In this document: positions 8,788-18,599 of the stretch, piece after piece
Position numbering within the stretch: position 1 is the stretch's first letter
How the letters are laid out: each line of letters starts with the position of its first letter
NCBI GenBank assembly: GCA_902595755.1
Contig: CACJRF010000001.1
Location: forward strand, 65,447-129,446
Length of the DNA: 64,000 bases
Reading direction: 5' to 3'
Source: an uncultured Alphaproteobacteria bacterium
GTDB taxonomy: Bacteria; Pseudomonadota; Alphaproteobacteria; Methylaequorales; Methylaequoraceae
Notes under the pieces: generated by a model
Seen by the model: only the letters and a program-made list of their open reading frames with translations
What the model was told of the DNA's origin: nothing
Databases searched by the model: none
Position numbers and translations under genes: made by a program

Positions 8788-10159
8788 TTGGGATATAAAT
8801 GAAATTTTTTTGGCTCTAAATTTAAAGAATAACTTTAATAGAAATCTTAAAATTAAAAATATAGTTATTGACTCAAAGAAAATTAAAAAAGGCGACTTAT
8901 TTATTGCGATTAAAGGAAAAAAATTTGATGGTCACAAATTTATAGATGAAGCATTTAAAAATGGAGCAAGTGCTGTAATAGGTGAAAAAAAAAGGGTTAT
9001 TGCCAACTTTCCTGTTATTTCTGTGGACGACACAAAAAAATCTCTAATTGATATAGCTACATTTTCAAGAAAAAGAATTAAAGACCTTATTGTTGTAGGT
9101 ATTACGGGAAGTACAGGTAAAACTACACTTAAAGAGTGGTTATTTTCAATTTTAAAGGACGATTATAAAACATATTGTAACTATGGAAATTTTAATAATG
9201 AAATTGGAATGCCCCTAACACTTTGTAATATGCCACTAAAATCTCAAATATGTATTTTAGAAATGGGGATGAATAATAAGGGAGAAATTAAAAGATTAGC
9301 TAAGATTGCAAGACCAAATGTTAATATAATTACAAACATAGGTACAGCTCATGTTGGGAATTTAATTAATAGAAAAGGAATTGCGAGGGAAAAATCAGAT
9401 ATTTTCTTTTATTCTAATCAAAAAGATTACTCTATAATTCCAAGTGATGATGAATTTTATGAATTGTTAAAGATTAAGGCATCAAAAAAAGTTAACTCAA
9501 TCTATACCTTTGGAAAAAAAAAAATTAGTACATTTCAATATTTTGATAGTGGATATGAAGATAAAAAAGTAAAATTTAAGATTTTTGATAAAGATTATAA
9601 TTTTCAAAAAAAAATAAGCTTCAATAACTGGGAAAATAACGTTGTAGTAATACTGGGGTTAATAAAAGTTCTAAATCTGAAGATTAAGTATTTAAAAAAA
9701 AAAATCGAACAACTGAAACCTATTGAAGGTAGAGGTAAATTGCATTCGATTAAAGTTAATAACAAAAAAATTGTACTTATTGACGAATCCTATAACTCTA
9801 GTCCAGATTCATTAAAAAAATCTATTGAAAACCTTAAATATTTTAAAAAAAATCAACGGAGGATAATTTGTATAATTGGTGATATGCTAGAGTTAGGTAA
9901 AAATTCAATAAAAATGCACATCGAAGTCTCAGAAATTTTAAAGAAAGTTAAACCTGAAATCGTTTATACTTTAGGAAAACATACGAGTAATATTCAAAAG
10001 GACTTACCCAAAACAATAAAATCTCATCATTTTGTTAACTATAAAAAAATTTATAACGAAATTACAAGAATTATAAAAACAAATGATGTTATTATGATTA
10101 AAGGGTCAAACTCCTCTAAGGTAAATTTTATATCAAAACAGCTCATAGAAAGTGAATAA
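8780..10159 (+). CDS. murF: UDP-N-acetylmuramoyl-tripeptide--D-alanyl-D-alanine ligase MurF
   Basis: 459 aa with GITGSTGKTT, NNEIGMPLTL and DESYNSSPDS, in the MurF position of the cluster. Confidence 0.92.
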   Translation: MNNWDINEIFLALNLKNNFNRNLKIKNIVIDSKKIKKGDLFIAIKGKKFDGHKFIDEAFKNGASAVIGEKKRVIANFPVISVDDTKKSLIDIATFSRKRIKDLIVVGITGSTGKTTLKEWLFSILKDDYKTYCNYGNFNNEIGMPLTLCNMPLKSQICILEMGMNNKGEIKRLAKIARPNVNIITNIGTAHVGNLINRKGIAREKSDIFFYSNQKDYSIIPSDDEFYELLKIKASKKVNSIYTFGKKKISTFQYFDSGYEDKKVKFKIFDKDYNFQKKISFNNWENNVVVILGLIKVLNLKIKYLKKKIEQLKPIEGRGKLHSIKVNNKKIVLIDESYNSSPDSLKKSIENLKYFKKNQRRIICIIGDMLELGKNSIKMHIEVSEILKKVKPEIVYTLGKHTSNIQKDLPKTIKSHHFVNYKKIYNEITRIIKTNDVIMIKGSNSSKVNFISKQLIESE

Positions 10160-10162
10160 AAA

Positions 10163-11251
10163 ATGTTTTATTACTATTTAACTCAGTATATTGATTCTTT
10201 TAATTTTCTTAATCTATTTAACTACTTAACATTTAGAGCAGGTGGAGCATTATTTACTGCATTTTTTATATCATTATTTCTTGGACCAAAATTTATAAAA
10301 AAATTGAAAAGCGTACAAAAAAATGGTCAGCCTATTAGAAAAGATGGACCAAAAAATCATTTGATAACGAAAGTGGGTACTCCAACTATGGGGGGTATGC
10401 TAATTTTAATTTCTTTATTTATTTCAGTGATTTTATGGACTGATTTAAGTAGTAAACTCGTGTGGTTAGTATTTGGTGTAACTATTTGTTTTGGCCTCAT
10501 TGGCGCATTCGATGATTATAAAAAACTGAAAAACAACTCATCTGAAGGAATTAAAAGTGGATTAAGATTAGTTTTAGAATTTGGTGTAAGCTTTTTATTT
10601 ATCTATTTCATCAACAATATAGTGAATCCAGAGTATAAAAATATTGTGTTTGTACCATTTACAAAAGGATTATATTTCGACTTAGGAAATTTTTATTATT
10701 TATTTGCCTCAATTGTTATTGTTGGATGTGCAAACTCTGTGAACCTTACAGATGGTCTAGATGGACTGGCTATTGGCCCCATAATGGTCACTGCATTGTC
10801 TTTTGCCTTTATAGCTTATTTTACAGGTAATTTTATTTATTCAGAGTATTTAAAAATCCCTTATGTAAGTGACACTGGAGAGTTAGTTATTATTTGTGTA
10901 GCATTAATAGGTTCTGGTTTGGGGTTTTTATGGTACAATGCTCCCCCAGCAATGGTATTTATGGGTGATACAGGCTCTTTATCAATGGGCGGGGCTATAG
11001 GTGCAATTGCAGTTGCGACAAAACATGAGATTATTTTATCTATAATCGGAGGAATATTTGTTTTGGAAGCACTATCAGTATTTGCTCAAGTGATTTCTTT
11101 TAAAACAACAGGAAAAAGAATTTTTAAAATGGCACCGATACATCATCATTTCGAACAAAAAGGATGGTCAGAATCAACAATAGTTATAAGATTTTGGATA
11201 ATATCTATAATACTTGCACTAGTTGGTTTAGCAAGTCTCAAACTAAGATGA
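10163..11251 (+). CDS. mraY: Phospho-N-acetylmuramoyl-pentapeptide transferase MraY
   Basis: 362 aa polytopic membrane protein with ..GTPTMGG.., NSVNLTDGLDGLA, MGDTGSL and APIHHHFE. Confidence 0.96.
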   Translation: MFYYYLTQYIDSFNFLNLFNYLTFRAGGALFTAFFISLFLGPKFIKKLKSVQKNGQPIRKDGPKNHLITKVGTPTMGGMLILISLFISVILWTDLSSKLVWLVFGVTICFGLIGAFDDYKKLKNNSSEGIKSGLRLVLEFGVSFLFIYFINNIVNPEYKNIVFVPFTKGLYFDLGNFYYLFASIVIVGCANSVNLTDGLDGLAIGPIMVTALSFAFIAYFTGNFIYSEYLKIPYVSDTGELVIICVALIGSGLGFLWYNAPPAMVFMGDTGSLSMGGAIGAIAVATKHEIILSIIGGIFVLEALSVFAQVISFKTTGKRIFKMAPIHHHFEQKGWSESTIVIRFWIISIILALVGLASLKLR

Positions 11252-12624
11252 CCATAATTGATAAATCTATTTTTATCCTAGGACTTGGTATTTCAGGCAT
11301 GTCTTTGGCAAGAAAATTAAATTTTAGAAAAATTAATTGTTGGGATGATAATTCTAAAATAAGAGACTTAGCCAAAAGAGAAAAACTTGATATCAAAGAA
11401 CCAAATTTAGACAATCTAAAAATAACTGATTTTTTAGTCTTAAGTTCAGGTATAAATCATGAATTAGCAAATCCCCACAATGCAATTGTAATTGCTAAAT
11501 CTTTAGGGATTCCGATTATTTCAGATATTGAATTAATTCATTTATTAGAACTAAAGAATTATCTGATAGGGATTACTGGAACAAATGGAAAATCATCAAC
11601 AACAAAATTTATTACTGATTCCTTACGTCATAAAAATTTTTTAGATTCTCAAGCATGTGGTAATATTGGAATACCATTCACAGAACTTGAAATAAAAGAT
11701 GATTCTGTTTTAGTTATTGAATGTTCTTCGTTTCAATTATCTAAGATAATTAACTTAAGGTTTCATATCTCAATACTTTTAAATATCTCGTCAGACCATA
11801 TAGATTGGCATAAAACATTTAAAAATTACATTAACTCTAAAGAAAAGATTTTTAAAAATCAAACTTCATCTGACCATGCAATAATTTGTATCGATGACAA
11901 AATTTGCAATAATATCGCGGGACAATTCAAGAAAAAATATAAAAGTAACTTAATTAAAATTAGTGTTAAAAAAAAAATAACTGATGGTATTTTCCTTAAG
12001 GAATCAAAATCCTATATAACAATAATTAACTCTATATCCAAAGATATCATTAAAATAGACAAAAAATCTATAAATTTACCTATTACAAAAGCAAATCTTC
12101 AAAACCTTCTTACTACTTACACAGTAAGTTTTATTTTAAAACAAAATACAGAATTTTTTATTGCTTCATTAAAAAATATTAAAGCGTTAAAACATAGGAT
12201 GGAATATATTGGAAAATACAAAAATATTTCTTTTTTTAATGATAGTAAATCAACAAATGTTAATTCTTCAATTTCAGCAATTGAAAGTTATAAAAATATA
12301 TTCTGGATTTTAGGAGGGAGAAAAAAGATTGGTGGACTATCTGGTGTCGAGAAAAAGCTAACTAATGTTTTAAAATCATTTACATTTGGTGAATCTGGTC
12401 AGGAATTTAAAAAATTTATGGAGAAGTGTGGTATACATTCGACTTATAATAAAAACCTTGAAAAAACTATTCATGAAGCTACTAAAGAAGCATCTCAAGA
12501 AAAAGAACAAATAAATATTATTTTTTCTCCATGCGCATCTTCATTTGATCAATTTAAAAATTTTGAGGAAAGAGGTAATTTTTTTAAAAAAATTGTAAGG
12601 AAAAGAGTAAAAATTGAAAAATAA
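11248..12624 (+). CDS. murD: UDP-N-acetylmuramoylalanine--D-glutamate ligase MurD
   Basis: GLGISGMS Rossmann-like N-terminus and GITGTNGKSST. I place the start at ATG 11248, which overlaps the mraY TGA (ATGA). The 11164 start in the ORF track would read through the end of mraY in another frame. Confidence 0.9.
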   Translation: MTIIDKSIFILGLGISGMSLARKLNFRKINCWDDNSKIRDLAKREKLDIKEPNLDNLKITDFLVLSSGINHELANPHNAIVIAKSLGIPIISDIELIHLLELKNYLIGITGTNGKSSTTKFITDSLRHKNFLDSQACGNIGIPFTELEIKDDSVLVIECSSFQLSKIINLRFHISILLNISSDHIDWHKTFKNYINSKEKIFKNQTSSDHAIICIDDKICNNIAGQFKKKYKSNLIKISVKKKITDGIFLKESKSYITIINSISKDIIKIDKKSINLPITKANLQNLLTTYTVSFILKQNTEFFIASLKNIKALKHRMEYIGKYKNISFFNDSKSTNVNSSISAIESYKNIFWILGGRKKIGGLSGVEKKLTNVLKSFTFGESGQEFKKFMEKCGIHSTYNKNLEKTIHEATKEASQEKEQINIIFSPCASSFDQFKNFEERGNFFKKIVRKRVKIEK

Positions 12625-13705
12625 TCATTTAAGCGTTAGTTGGTGGAGAAGTATAGATAAAATTATTTTTATACCAATCTTAATCTTACTATTCATTGGC
12701 ATAATCGCAATATCAAGTGCATCACAAAAATTTGGGACAATTAATCTTAAATCAAACCTTATGTGGAATAAACATTTAATTTTCTGTATATTAAGTCTTT
12801 TTACAATCTTCATTATTTCAAAACTTTCTACTAAGCAAATTATTATATTATCTATATCTTTATTTTCTTTATCGATAATTTTGTGTTTCACTGCACTTAT
12901 TATTTCTCAGGAAACAAAAGGAGCAACAAGATGGCTTAATTTTATATATTTTTCAATTCAGCCATCTGAATTAGCTAAACCAACGTTTATAATTTTAAGT
13001 TCTCTATTATTTGTTCGATATAAGATAAAGGAGGATTTTTCTCTTATTATAAATCTTTTTTGTCTTTCTTTAATTTCTTTAATATTAATAATGCAACCAG
13101 ACTTTGGAATGTTAATATTAATATGCGTTGTATGGGTAATTCAATTATTAACAATCAATATAAAGTCAAAAATTTTGTATCCCATAATATCAGCTATATT
13201 AGGAATCTTTTTATTATGCTTTTTTATACTTGATCATGTAAGATTTAGAATAATGAATTATTTGTTTTCTGGCATTGGTGATAATTACCAAATTACAAAA
13301 TCAATCGATTCTTTCAAGAGTGGTGGTTTTTTTGGTCAAGGGATTGGTGAAGGTATAATCTCAAAGAAACTTCCAGATTCACATTCAGATTTTGTTTATG
13401 CGTTAATTTCAGAAGAACTAGGAATTATAGTTGCTATTATAATTTTATTTCTTTACATGATTCCATACATAAGAATTCATTACATATGTCAAAGATCTTC
13501 AAATCTATTTATAATTACATCGCTAACTGGATTATCAAATATTTTTTTATTTCAAACTATAATCAATATATCTTCCACGCTAAATATTATACCCACCAAG
13601 GGTATGACATTACCTTTTATTTCATACGGAGGCTCATCTTTATTTTCAAGTGCATTATTAATTGGATTTATACTAGTTTTGATTAAGGATGATATAAATG
13701 AATAA
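12614..13705 (+). CDS. ftsW: Peptidoglycan glycosyltransferase FtsW (SEDS family)
   Basis: 363 aa polytopic protein with QPSELAKP, ..PDFG.., SDF.. and LPFISYGGSS. Confidence 0.92.
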   Translation: MKNNHLSVSWWRSIDKIIFIPILILLFIGIIAISSASQKFGTINLKSNLMWNKHLIFCILSLFTIFIISKLSTKQIIILSISLFSLSIILCFTALIISQETKGATRWLNFIYFSIQPSELAKPTFIILSSLLFVRYKIKEDFSLIINLFCLSLISLILIMQPDFGMLILICVVWVIQLLTINIKSKILYPIISAILGIFLLCFFILDHVRFRIMNYLFSGIGDNYQITKSIDSFKSGGFFGQGIGEGIISKKLPDSHSDFVYALISEELGIIVAIIILFLYMIPYIRIHYICQRSSNLFIITSLTGLSNIFLFQTIINISSTLNIIPTKGMTLPFISYGGSSLFSSALLIGFILVLIKDDINE

Positions 13706-14726
13706 AGTATTTCTCGTTGCAGGCGGGTCTGGTGGTCATTTATTTCCAGCTTTATCTTTATTTGAACAACTCAAGGATTACGATACTTTAATTCTGACAG
13801 ATAAGAGAACTGAGAAATATTTAAAAAGATTAGGAATGAAATATAGGAAGATTATCACAGCTAAATTGAAAATTAATTTTTTCTTAGTTTTCAACTTATT
13901 AAAATTATTTTTAAGTATATTAGAAAATATTGCAATCATAATAAAAAGGAAACCTGACATTATAATTGGCTTTGGTGGATACACTTCGATTCCTACAATA
14001 ATAGCAGCCAAGATTCTTAATAAAAAAATAATAATTCATGAGCAAAATGCAGTTATGGGAAAAACAAATAGGATGTTATCAAAAATTGCTGATATCGTTG
14101 CTGTTACATTTCCTAAAACAAAATTCGCTCCTAAGAATTCAGTTTATACCGGAATACCTTTGAGAAAGAAAAAAAAAATTTCAAATTTTAAAACTAAAAA
14201 GAAAAGGATATTTATTGTTGGAGGAAGCCAAGGAGCAAAAATTTTTTCTGAAATTTTTCCTGAAGTATTAAAAAATTTTGATAAATCTTTACTTAAGAAA
14301 TTAATAATAGTTCAACAAGCTAGAGAAGATGATCTTGAGGAAATTAAAAAAAAATATCAGTCACTTAAAGTAGAACATAAAATAGAAAAGTTTTTCTATA
14401 ATATTTATGAACAATACTATAACGCTGATTTGATAATATGTAGATGTGGAGCATCTACTTTAGCAGAGATTGAGATTTTCTCGAAACCTTGCTTACTTTT
14501 CCCCCTTCCCTCATCTATGAATAATCATCAATATTACAATGCAAAAGAATTTGAGAAAAATAATAGTTGTTTTATATTTGATGAAAATAATTTAAGTGTA
14601 AAATCGTTATCAGAAAAAATTGAAAACTTAATTTTTTTGGGAAAAAAAAAGAAAAAATTGTATAGTGTCAAAAATAATATTCAAAAGATCTCATTCATAG
14701 ATTTAATGAAAAGAGTAGCTAATTAA
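13698..14726 (+). CDS. murG: UDP-N-acetylglucosamine--N-acetylmuramyl-(pentapeptide) pyrophosphoryl-undecaprenol GlcNAc transferase MurG
   Basis: 342 aa with AGGSGGHLFPA, HEQNAV.GK.NR and ..RCGASTLAE.. Confidence 0.92.
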   Translation: MNKVFLVAGGSGGHLFPALSLFEQLKDYDTLILTDKRTEKYLKRLGMKYRKIITAKLKINFFLVFNLLKLFLSILENIAIIIKRKPDIIIGFGGYTSIPTIIAAKILNKKIIIHEQNAVMGKTNRMLSKIADIVAVTFPKTKFAPKNSVYTGIPLRKKKKISNFKTKKKRIFIVGGSQGAKIFSEIFPEVLKNFDKSLLKKLIIVQQAREDDLEEIKKKYQSLKVEHKIEKFFYNIYEQYYNADLIICRCGASTLAEIEIFSKPCLLFPLPSSMNNHQYYNAKEFEKNNSCFIFDENNLSVKSLSEKIENLIFLGKKKKKLYSVKNNIQKISFIDLMKRVAN

Positions 14727-16111
14727 TGTTTTTAAAGCAGAAAATTCATTTTATTGGAATAGGTGGTATTGGGATGAGTGCCATTGCAAAAATATTGTTT
14801 CAGAAAGGATTTAAAATTAGTGGAAGTGATCAAAATGAAAATCTAATTGTTAAAGAACTTAAAAGAAAAGGTGTGAAAGTTTTCAAGTATCATTCAATAT
14901 CAAATGTTGATGATGTGGACATAGTTGTGTATTCATCAGCAATTAAAAAAAATAATGTTGAACTAAAAGCAGCAAAAAAAAGAAAAATACCTACTTTTTC
15001 TAGGGCAATGATGCTAGCTGAAGTCATGAGACTTAAGTCATCCATTACGGTTGCAGGTTCACATGGAAAAACGACAACAACATCGTTGATCGCATGTATT
15101 CTCGAAAATGCAGGACTTGATCCGACAGTAATCAATGGTGGAATTATAAATAGCCTTGGTGCAAATGCAAAATTAGGTGATGGTAAATTTATAATTGCTG
15201 AAGCTGATGAATCAGATGGATCATTCACTTTATTACCTTCCACTATTGGTGTAATTAACAATATAGATCTTGAACACTTAGACTTTTATAAGAATATAGA
15301 TGAAATAAAAAAAGTATTTATAAAATATGCAGAGCAAATACCTTTTTACGGTTTTTTATGTATATGTAATGATGATAAAAATAGTAAAAGTATAATTAAA
15401 CATATAAAGTCTAAACCAATCATTACTTTTGGAACATCAGAATCATCGGATTTTAAAGCTCAAAATATAAAAACTATAGAAAATTCTATTTCTTCATTTG
15501 ATGTTTGTGTAAATTTCAAATTAAAAAAAACTATAAAAAATGTTAAAGTTCCACTTATTGGTAAGCATAATATTTTAAATGCTTTATGTGCCTTTAGTGT
15601 CTGCTACCAGCTGAACATACCTGTTAGAAAGATTTCTGAAGGTTTGATAAAGTTCTCTGGTGTTAAAAGAAGGTTTTCCATCCTTAATAAAAATACTAAA
15701 AGTCTGATAATTGATGATTATGCTCATCATCCAAATGAAATTAAAACAACATTAGAATCTTTAAAAAAAATTACAAGAAATAAAGTTATAGCTATTTTTG
15801 AACCTCATCGATACACAAGAATCAATGGACTTTTAAATGAATTTTTAGAAAGTTTTTCAAAAGCCGATTTTATCTTTATTTTACCTATTTATTCTGCAGG
15901 TGAAAAAAATATAAAAAAAATGACAAATTTTAAACTTGAAAAATTATTCAAAAAAAAATTTAAAAAAAAAAAAGAAATAAAAGCTGTAGAAAATGAAGAT
16001 TACCTATTCAATGATTTAAAGGATCTTTATAGAAATGAGAATAATATAATATTTTTAGGTGCAGGCCTAAGCACAAATATTGCCCAAAGGTTTTCGATTT
16101 ATATTAAATGA
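14726..16111 (+). CDS. murC: UDP-N-acetylmuramate--L-alanine ligase MurC
   Basis: 461 aa with HFIGIGGIGMSAIA, VAGSHGKTTTTS, EADESDGSF and DDYAHHP. Confidence 0.94.
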   Translation: MFLKQKIHFIGIGGIGMSAIAKILFQKGFKISGSDQNENLIVKELKRKGVKVFKYHSISNVDDVDIVVYSSAIKKNNVELKAAKKRKIPTFSRAMMLAEVMRLKSSITVAGSHGKTTTTSLIACILENAGLDPTVINGGIINSLGANAKLGDGKFIIAEADESDGSFTLLPSTIGVINNIDLEHLDFYKNIDEIKKVFIKYAEQIPFYGFLCICNDDKNSKSIIKHIKSKPIITFGTSESSDFKAQNIKTIENSISSFDVCVNFKLKKTIKNVKVPLIGKHNILNALCAFSVCYQLNIPVRKISEGLIKFSGVKRRFSILNKNTKSLIIDDYAHHPNEIKTTLESLKKITRNKVIAIFEPHRYTRINGLLNEFLESFSKADFIFILPIYSAGEKNIKKMTNFKLEKLFKKKFKKKKEIKAVENEDYLFNDLKDLYRNENNIIFLGAGLSTNIAQRFSIYIK

Positions 16112-16112
16112 A

Positions 16113-17006
16113 ATGTTAAAATTTTTTAATAAATATAACTTTTCGTTTAATTATGATTTAGGTTCAAAGACATGGTTTGGTACAGGAGGTAAATGTTTAT
16201 GTTATATTACTTCAGATTCAGAGAGTGTAATTAGAATTACTTTAAAGTATTTAAAGAAAATATTCCCAGTTTTTATAATTGGTGCTGGGTCAAACCTAAT
16301 AGTAAGGGATGGAGGTATAAATGGAATTGTTATAAAACTAGGTAAAGCTTTTTCTAAGATTACACTTTATAAAAAAAAGTCTATTTTAGAAATTGGAGGT
16401 TCCGCGAAAGATTATCAAATTTCAAAATTTTGTTTAGAAAATAATATAACAGGATTTGAATTTTTAAGTGGTATTCCTGGAACCTTAGGTGGTAATTTGA
16501 AAATGAATGCGGGTTGCTATGGTCAAGAAATTTGTGATAACTTTCTCGAATGTGTGGTTATAAATAGTAAAGGTAAAAAAGTATTAAAAAAAAAGGATGA
16601 CATTTCTTTTGGTTATAGAAGCTCAACATTAGGAGACGATATTGTCATTAGTGCAAAATTTAGAGTGATTTATGATAAAAAAAAAAAAATAAATGATAAA
16701 ATAAAAACTATTATCAAAGATCGAAAAAAAAGCCAACCATTTGGGGTAAGAACTGGAGGTAGTACTTTTTCAAATCCAAAAAATAATTCAGCATGGAAAC
16801 TAATTGATGCAATTAAGTATAGGGGTAAAACTAGTGGAGGAGCAAAAGTTTCTGAATATCATTCAAATTTTTTATTAAATAGTAACTCTGCAACCTCCCT
16901 TGATTTAGAACTTTTAGGTGAAGATATAAGAACAAAAGTATGGGATAAATATAAAATAAAGTTAGAATGGGAAATAGTACGAATTGGTAAACATAAAAAA
17001 ATATAG
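16113..17006 (+). CDS. murB: UDP-N-acetylenolpyruvoylglucosamine reductase MurB
   Basis: FAD-binding motifs ..GAGSNL.., GIPGTLGGN..MNAGCYG and GGSTFSNP. I prefer ATG 16113, 1 nt after the murC stop. TTG 16080 from the ORF track overlaps murC. Confidence 0.9.
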   Translation: MLKFFNKYNFSFNYDLGSKTWFGTGGKCLCYITSDSESVIRITLKYLKKIFPVFIIGAGSNLIVRDGGINGIVIKLGKAFSKITLYKKKSILEIGGSAKDYQISKFCLENNITGFEFLSGIPGTLGGNLKMNAGCYGQEICDNFLECVVINSKGKKVLKKKDDISFGYRSSTLGDDIVISAKFRVIYDKKKKINDKIKTIIKDRKKSQPFGVRTGGSTFSNPKNNSAWKLIDAIKYRGKTSGGAKVSEYHSNFLLNSNSATSLDLELLGEDIRTKVWDKYKIKLEWEIVRIGKHKKI

Positions 17007-17892
17007 AAAAGTTGCAATTTTATCAGGTGGAATTTCAGATGAATATGAAATTTCAAAATTATCTGCTACTGCTGTCTATAAAGTATTAAATAATAAATAT
17101 AATTGTAAGTTAATAAACGTTGGGGATGACATAATCAATTTAATAAAAAAATTAAAGTCTTTCAACCCAGATATTATTTTTAATTGTTTACATGGATATT
17201 TCGGAGAAGATGGTCAAATTCAATCAATACTAAATTTGTTAGGTTTTCCTTATACTCATTCTGGTGTTCTTGCATCTTCAATGTCAATGGATAAAAGAAA
17301 GTCAAAGGTATTTTTTAAAGGCCTTAAAATTTCAGTCCCTGATGAAATTGATCCACTTAATAAGAAATTGGATACATTCCCAATAATAACCAAACCAATA
17401 AATGGAGGGTCAAGTAATGGGATAAAGATTATTAAAAACAAAGATGAATTAAATAAGTTTATAAAAAAGGTGGGAATCAATTTACAAAGATTTATATTTG
17501 AGGAGTTTATCAATGGTCGGGAAATCACGGTAGGAATTATCAATAATAAAGTGTGCGGAATAATGGAAATCAAATTCAATAGCCCACTTTATGATTACGA
17601 TAGAAAGTATGTTAATGTGGCTAAACACATAATAAACCCAAAACTTAGTAAAAAAATTATAGATGATCTGAAAAAAGCATCTATTAATGCTCATAATGCC
17701 ATTGGTTGTAATTGTGTGAGTAGGGTTGATTTTAGATATGATGATAAAAAAAAAAAAATTTTTCTATTAGAAATTAATACTCAACCTGGTTTAACAAACA
17801 ACTCATTACTTCCAGAAATGGCAAAAGAGAAAATTACTTTTTTTGAACTTTGCGAAATATTAATTAATAATCCTACATGCGAAAAGTATTAA
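16984..17892 (+). CDS. ddl: D-alanine--D-alanine ligase
   Basis: 302 aa with KVAILSGGISDEYEIS, LHG.FGEDGQIQ and an ATP-grasp core ..EINTQPG.T. The only canonical in-frame start upstream of the conserved N-terminus is TTG 16984, which overlaps murB by 23 nt. Confidence 0.9.
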   Translation: MVNIKKYRKVAILSGGISDEYEISKLSATAVYKVLNNKYNCKLINVGDDIINLIKKLKSFNPDIIFNCLHGYFGEDGQIQSILNLLGFPYTHSGVLASSMSMDKRKSKVFFKGLKISVPDEIDPLNKKLDTFPIITKPINGGSSNGIKIIKNKDELNKFIKKVGINLQRFIFEEFINGREITVGIINNKVCGIMEIKFNSPLYDYDRKYVNVAKHIINPKLSKKIIDDLKKASINAHNAIGCNCVSRVDFRYDDKKKKIFLLEINTQPGLTNNSLLPEMAKEKITFFELCEILINNPTCEKY

Positions 17893-18599
17893 CTTTAGTT
17901 ATTATTTCAGTATTTATATTAATAGTGGTAAATTTAAAGAATTTTAAGGATATAATTGTTTTTCATGAAGTAAAAATTAAGCTTTCGAAACTTTCCCTTT
18001 TCAAAAAAAAAATAACAAAAATATCAGTAATAAATAATAAGAATACCTCAAAAAATTATTTATTAAGATCACTTAATATTGAAAATATTAATGAATTTTC
18101 AAATTATAATAGGAATAAAATAAAAAAAAAGTTAGAGCAGATAAACGAAATTGATAGTTTTATGTTTGAACTAAAAGAAAACGGTCATTTAATAATAAAT
18201 ATAATTGAAAAAAAACCTATAATGGTTTGGATAAATAATGGGAAAAGAAACTATATAGATGGTGATGGATTAATTTTAAAATATTCAAAAGTTAATGATC
18301 AGAACCTTATTGAAGTTTTTGGAGACAAATCGTTGATTAATTTTAAAAAACTTACAGCCTTATTTAATAATAGAAAAGAATTTACTAGTAGTGTTAAACA
18401 AATTGAAGTAAAAAATGATGGAAGTTGGTTATTTATTATGAAAGATAACAAATGTGTTAATTTACTAACAAAAAAACTTGATAAAGTTCTCAATATATTT
18501 GAAGATATTAAAATGTTAGAAATTTATGATAATTTTTCATATTTTGATATGCGAATCTACGAAAGAATTTATCTAAGTAATAAGCAATGTTCGATTTAA
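17877..18599 (+). CDS. ftsQ: Cell division protein FtsQ
   Basis: 240 aa with an N-terminal TM helix and then a POTRA-like region. It lies between ddl and ftsA. Sequence conservation is weak, so the call rests mainly on position. Confidence 0.75.
   Translation: MRKVLTLVIISVFILIVVNLKNFKDIIVFHEVKIKLSKLSLFKKKITKISVINNKNTSKNYLLRSLNIENINEFSNYNRNKIKKKLEQINEIDSFMFELKENGHLIINIIEKKPIMVWINNGKRNYIDGDGLILKYSKVNDQNLIEVFGDKSLINFKKLTALFNNRKEFTSSVKQIEVKNDGSWLFIMKDNKCVNLLTKKLDKVLNIFEDIKMLEIYDNFSYFDMRIYERIYLSNKQCSI

Noticed and set aside
11164-11247. Upstream extensions in the ORF track for murD (11164), murB (16080), pgsA (51586) and possibly carA (38748).
   Set aside because: The extensions read through the 3' end of the preceding gene in another frame and add residues absent from homologues. 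Internal ATGs that overlap or abut the upstream stop codon (11248, 16113, 51631) fit the conserved N-termini. The carA start is left ambiguous.
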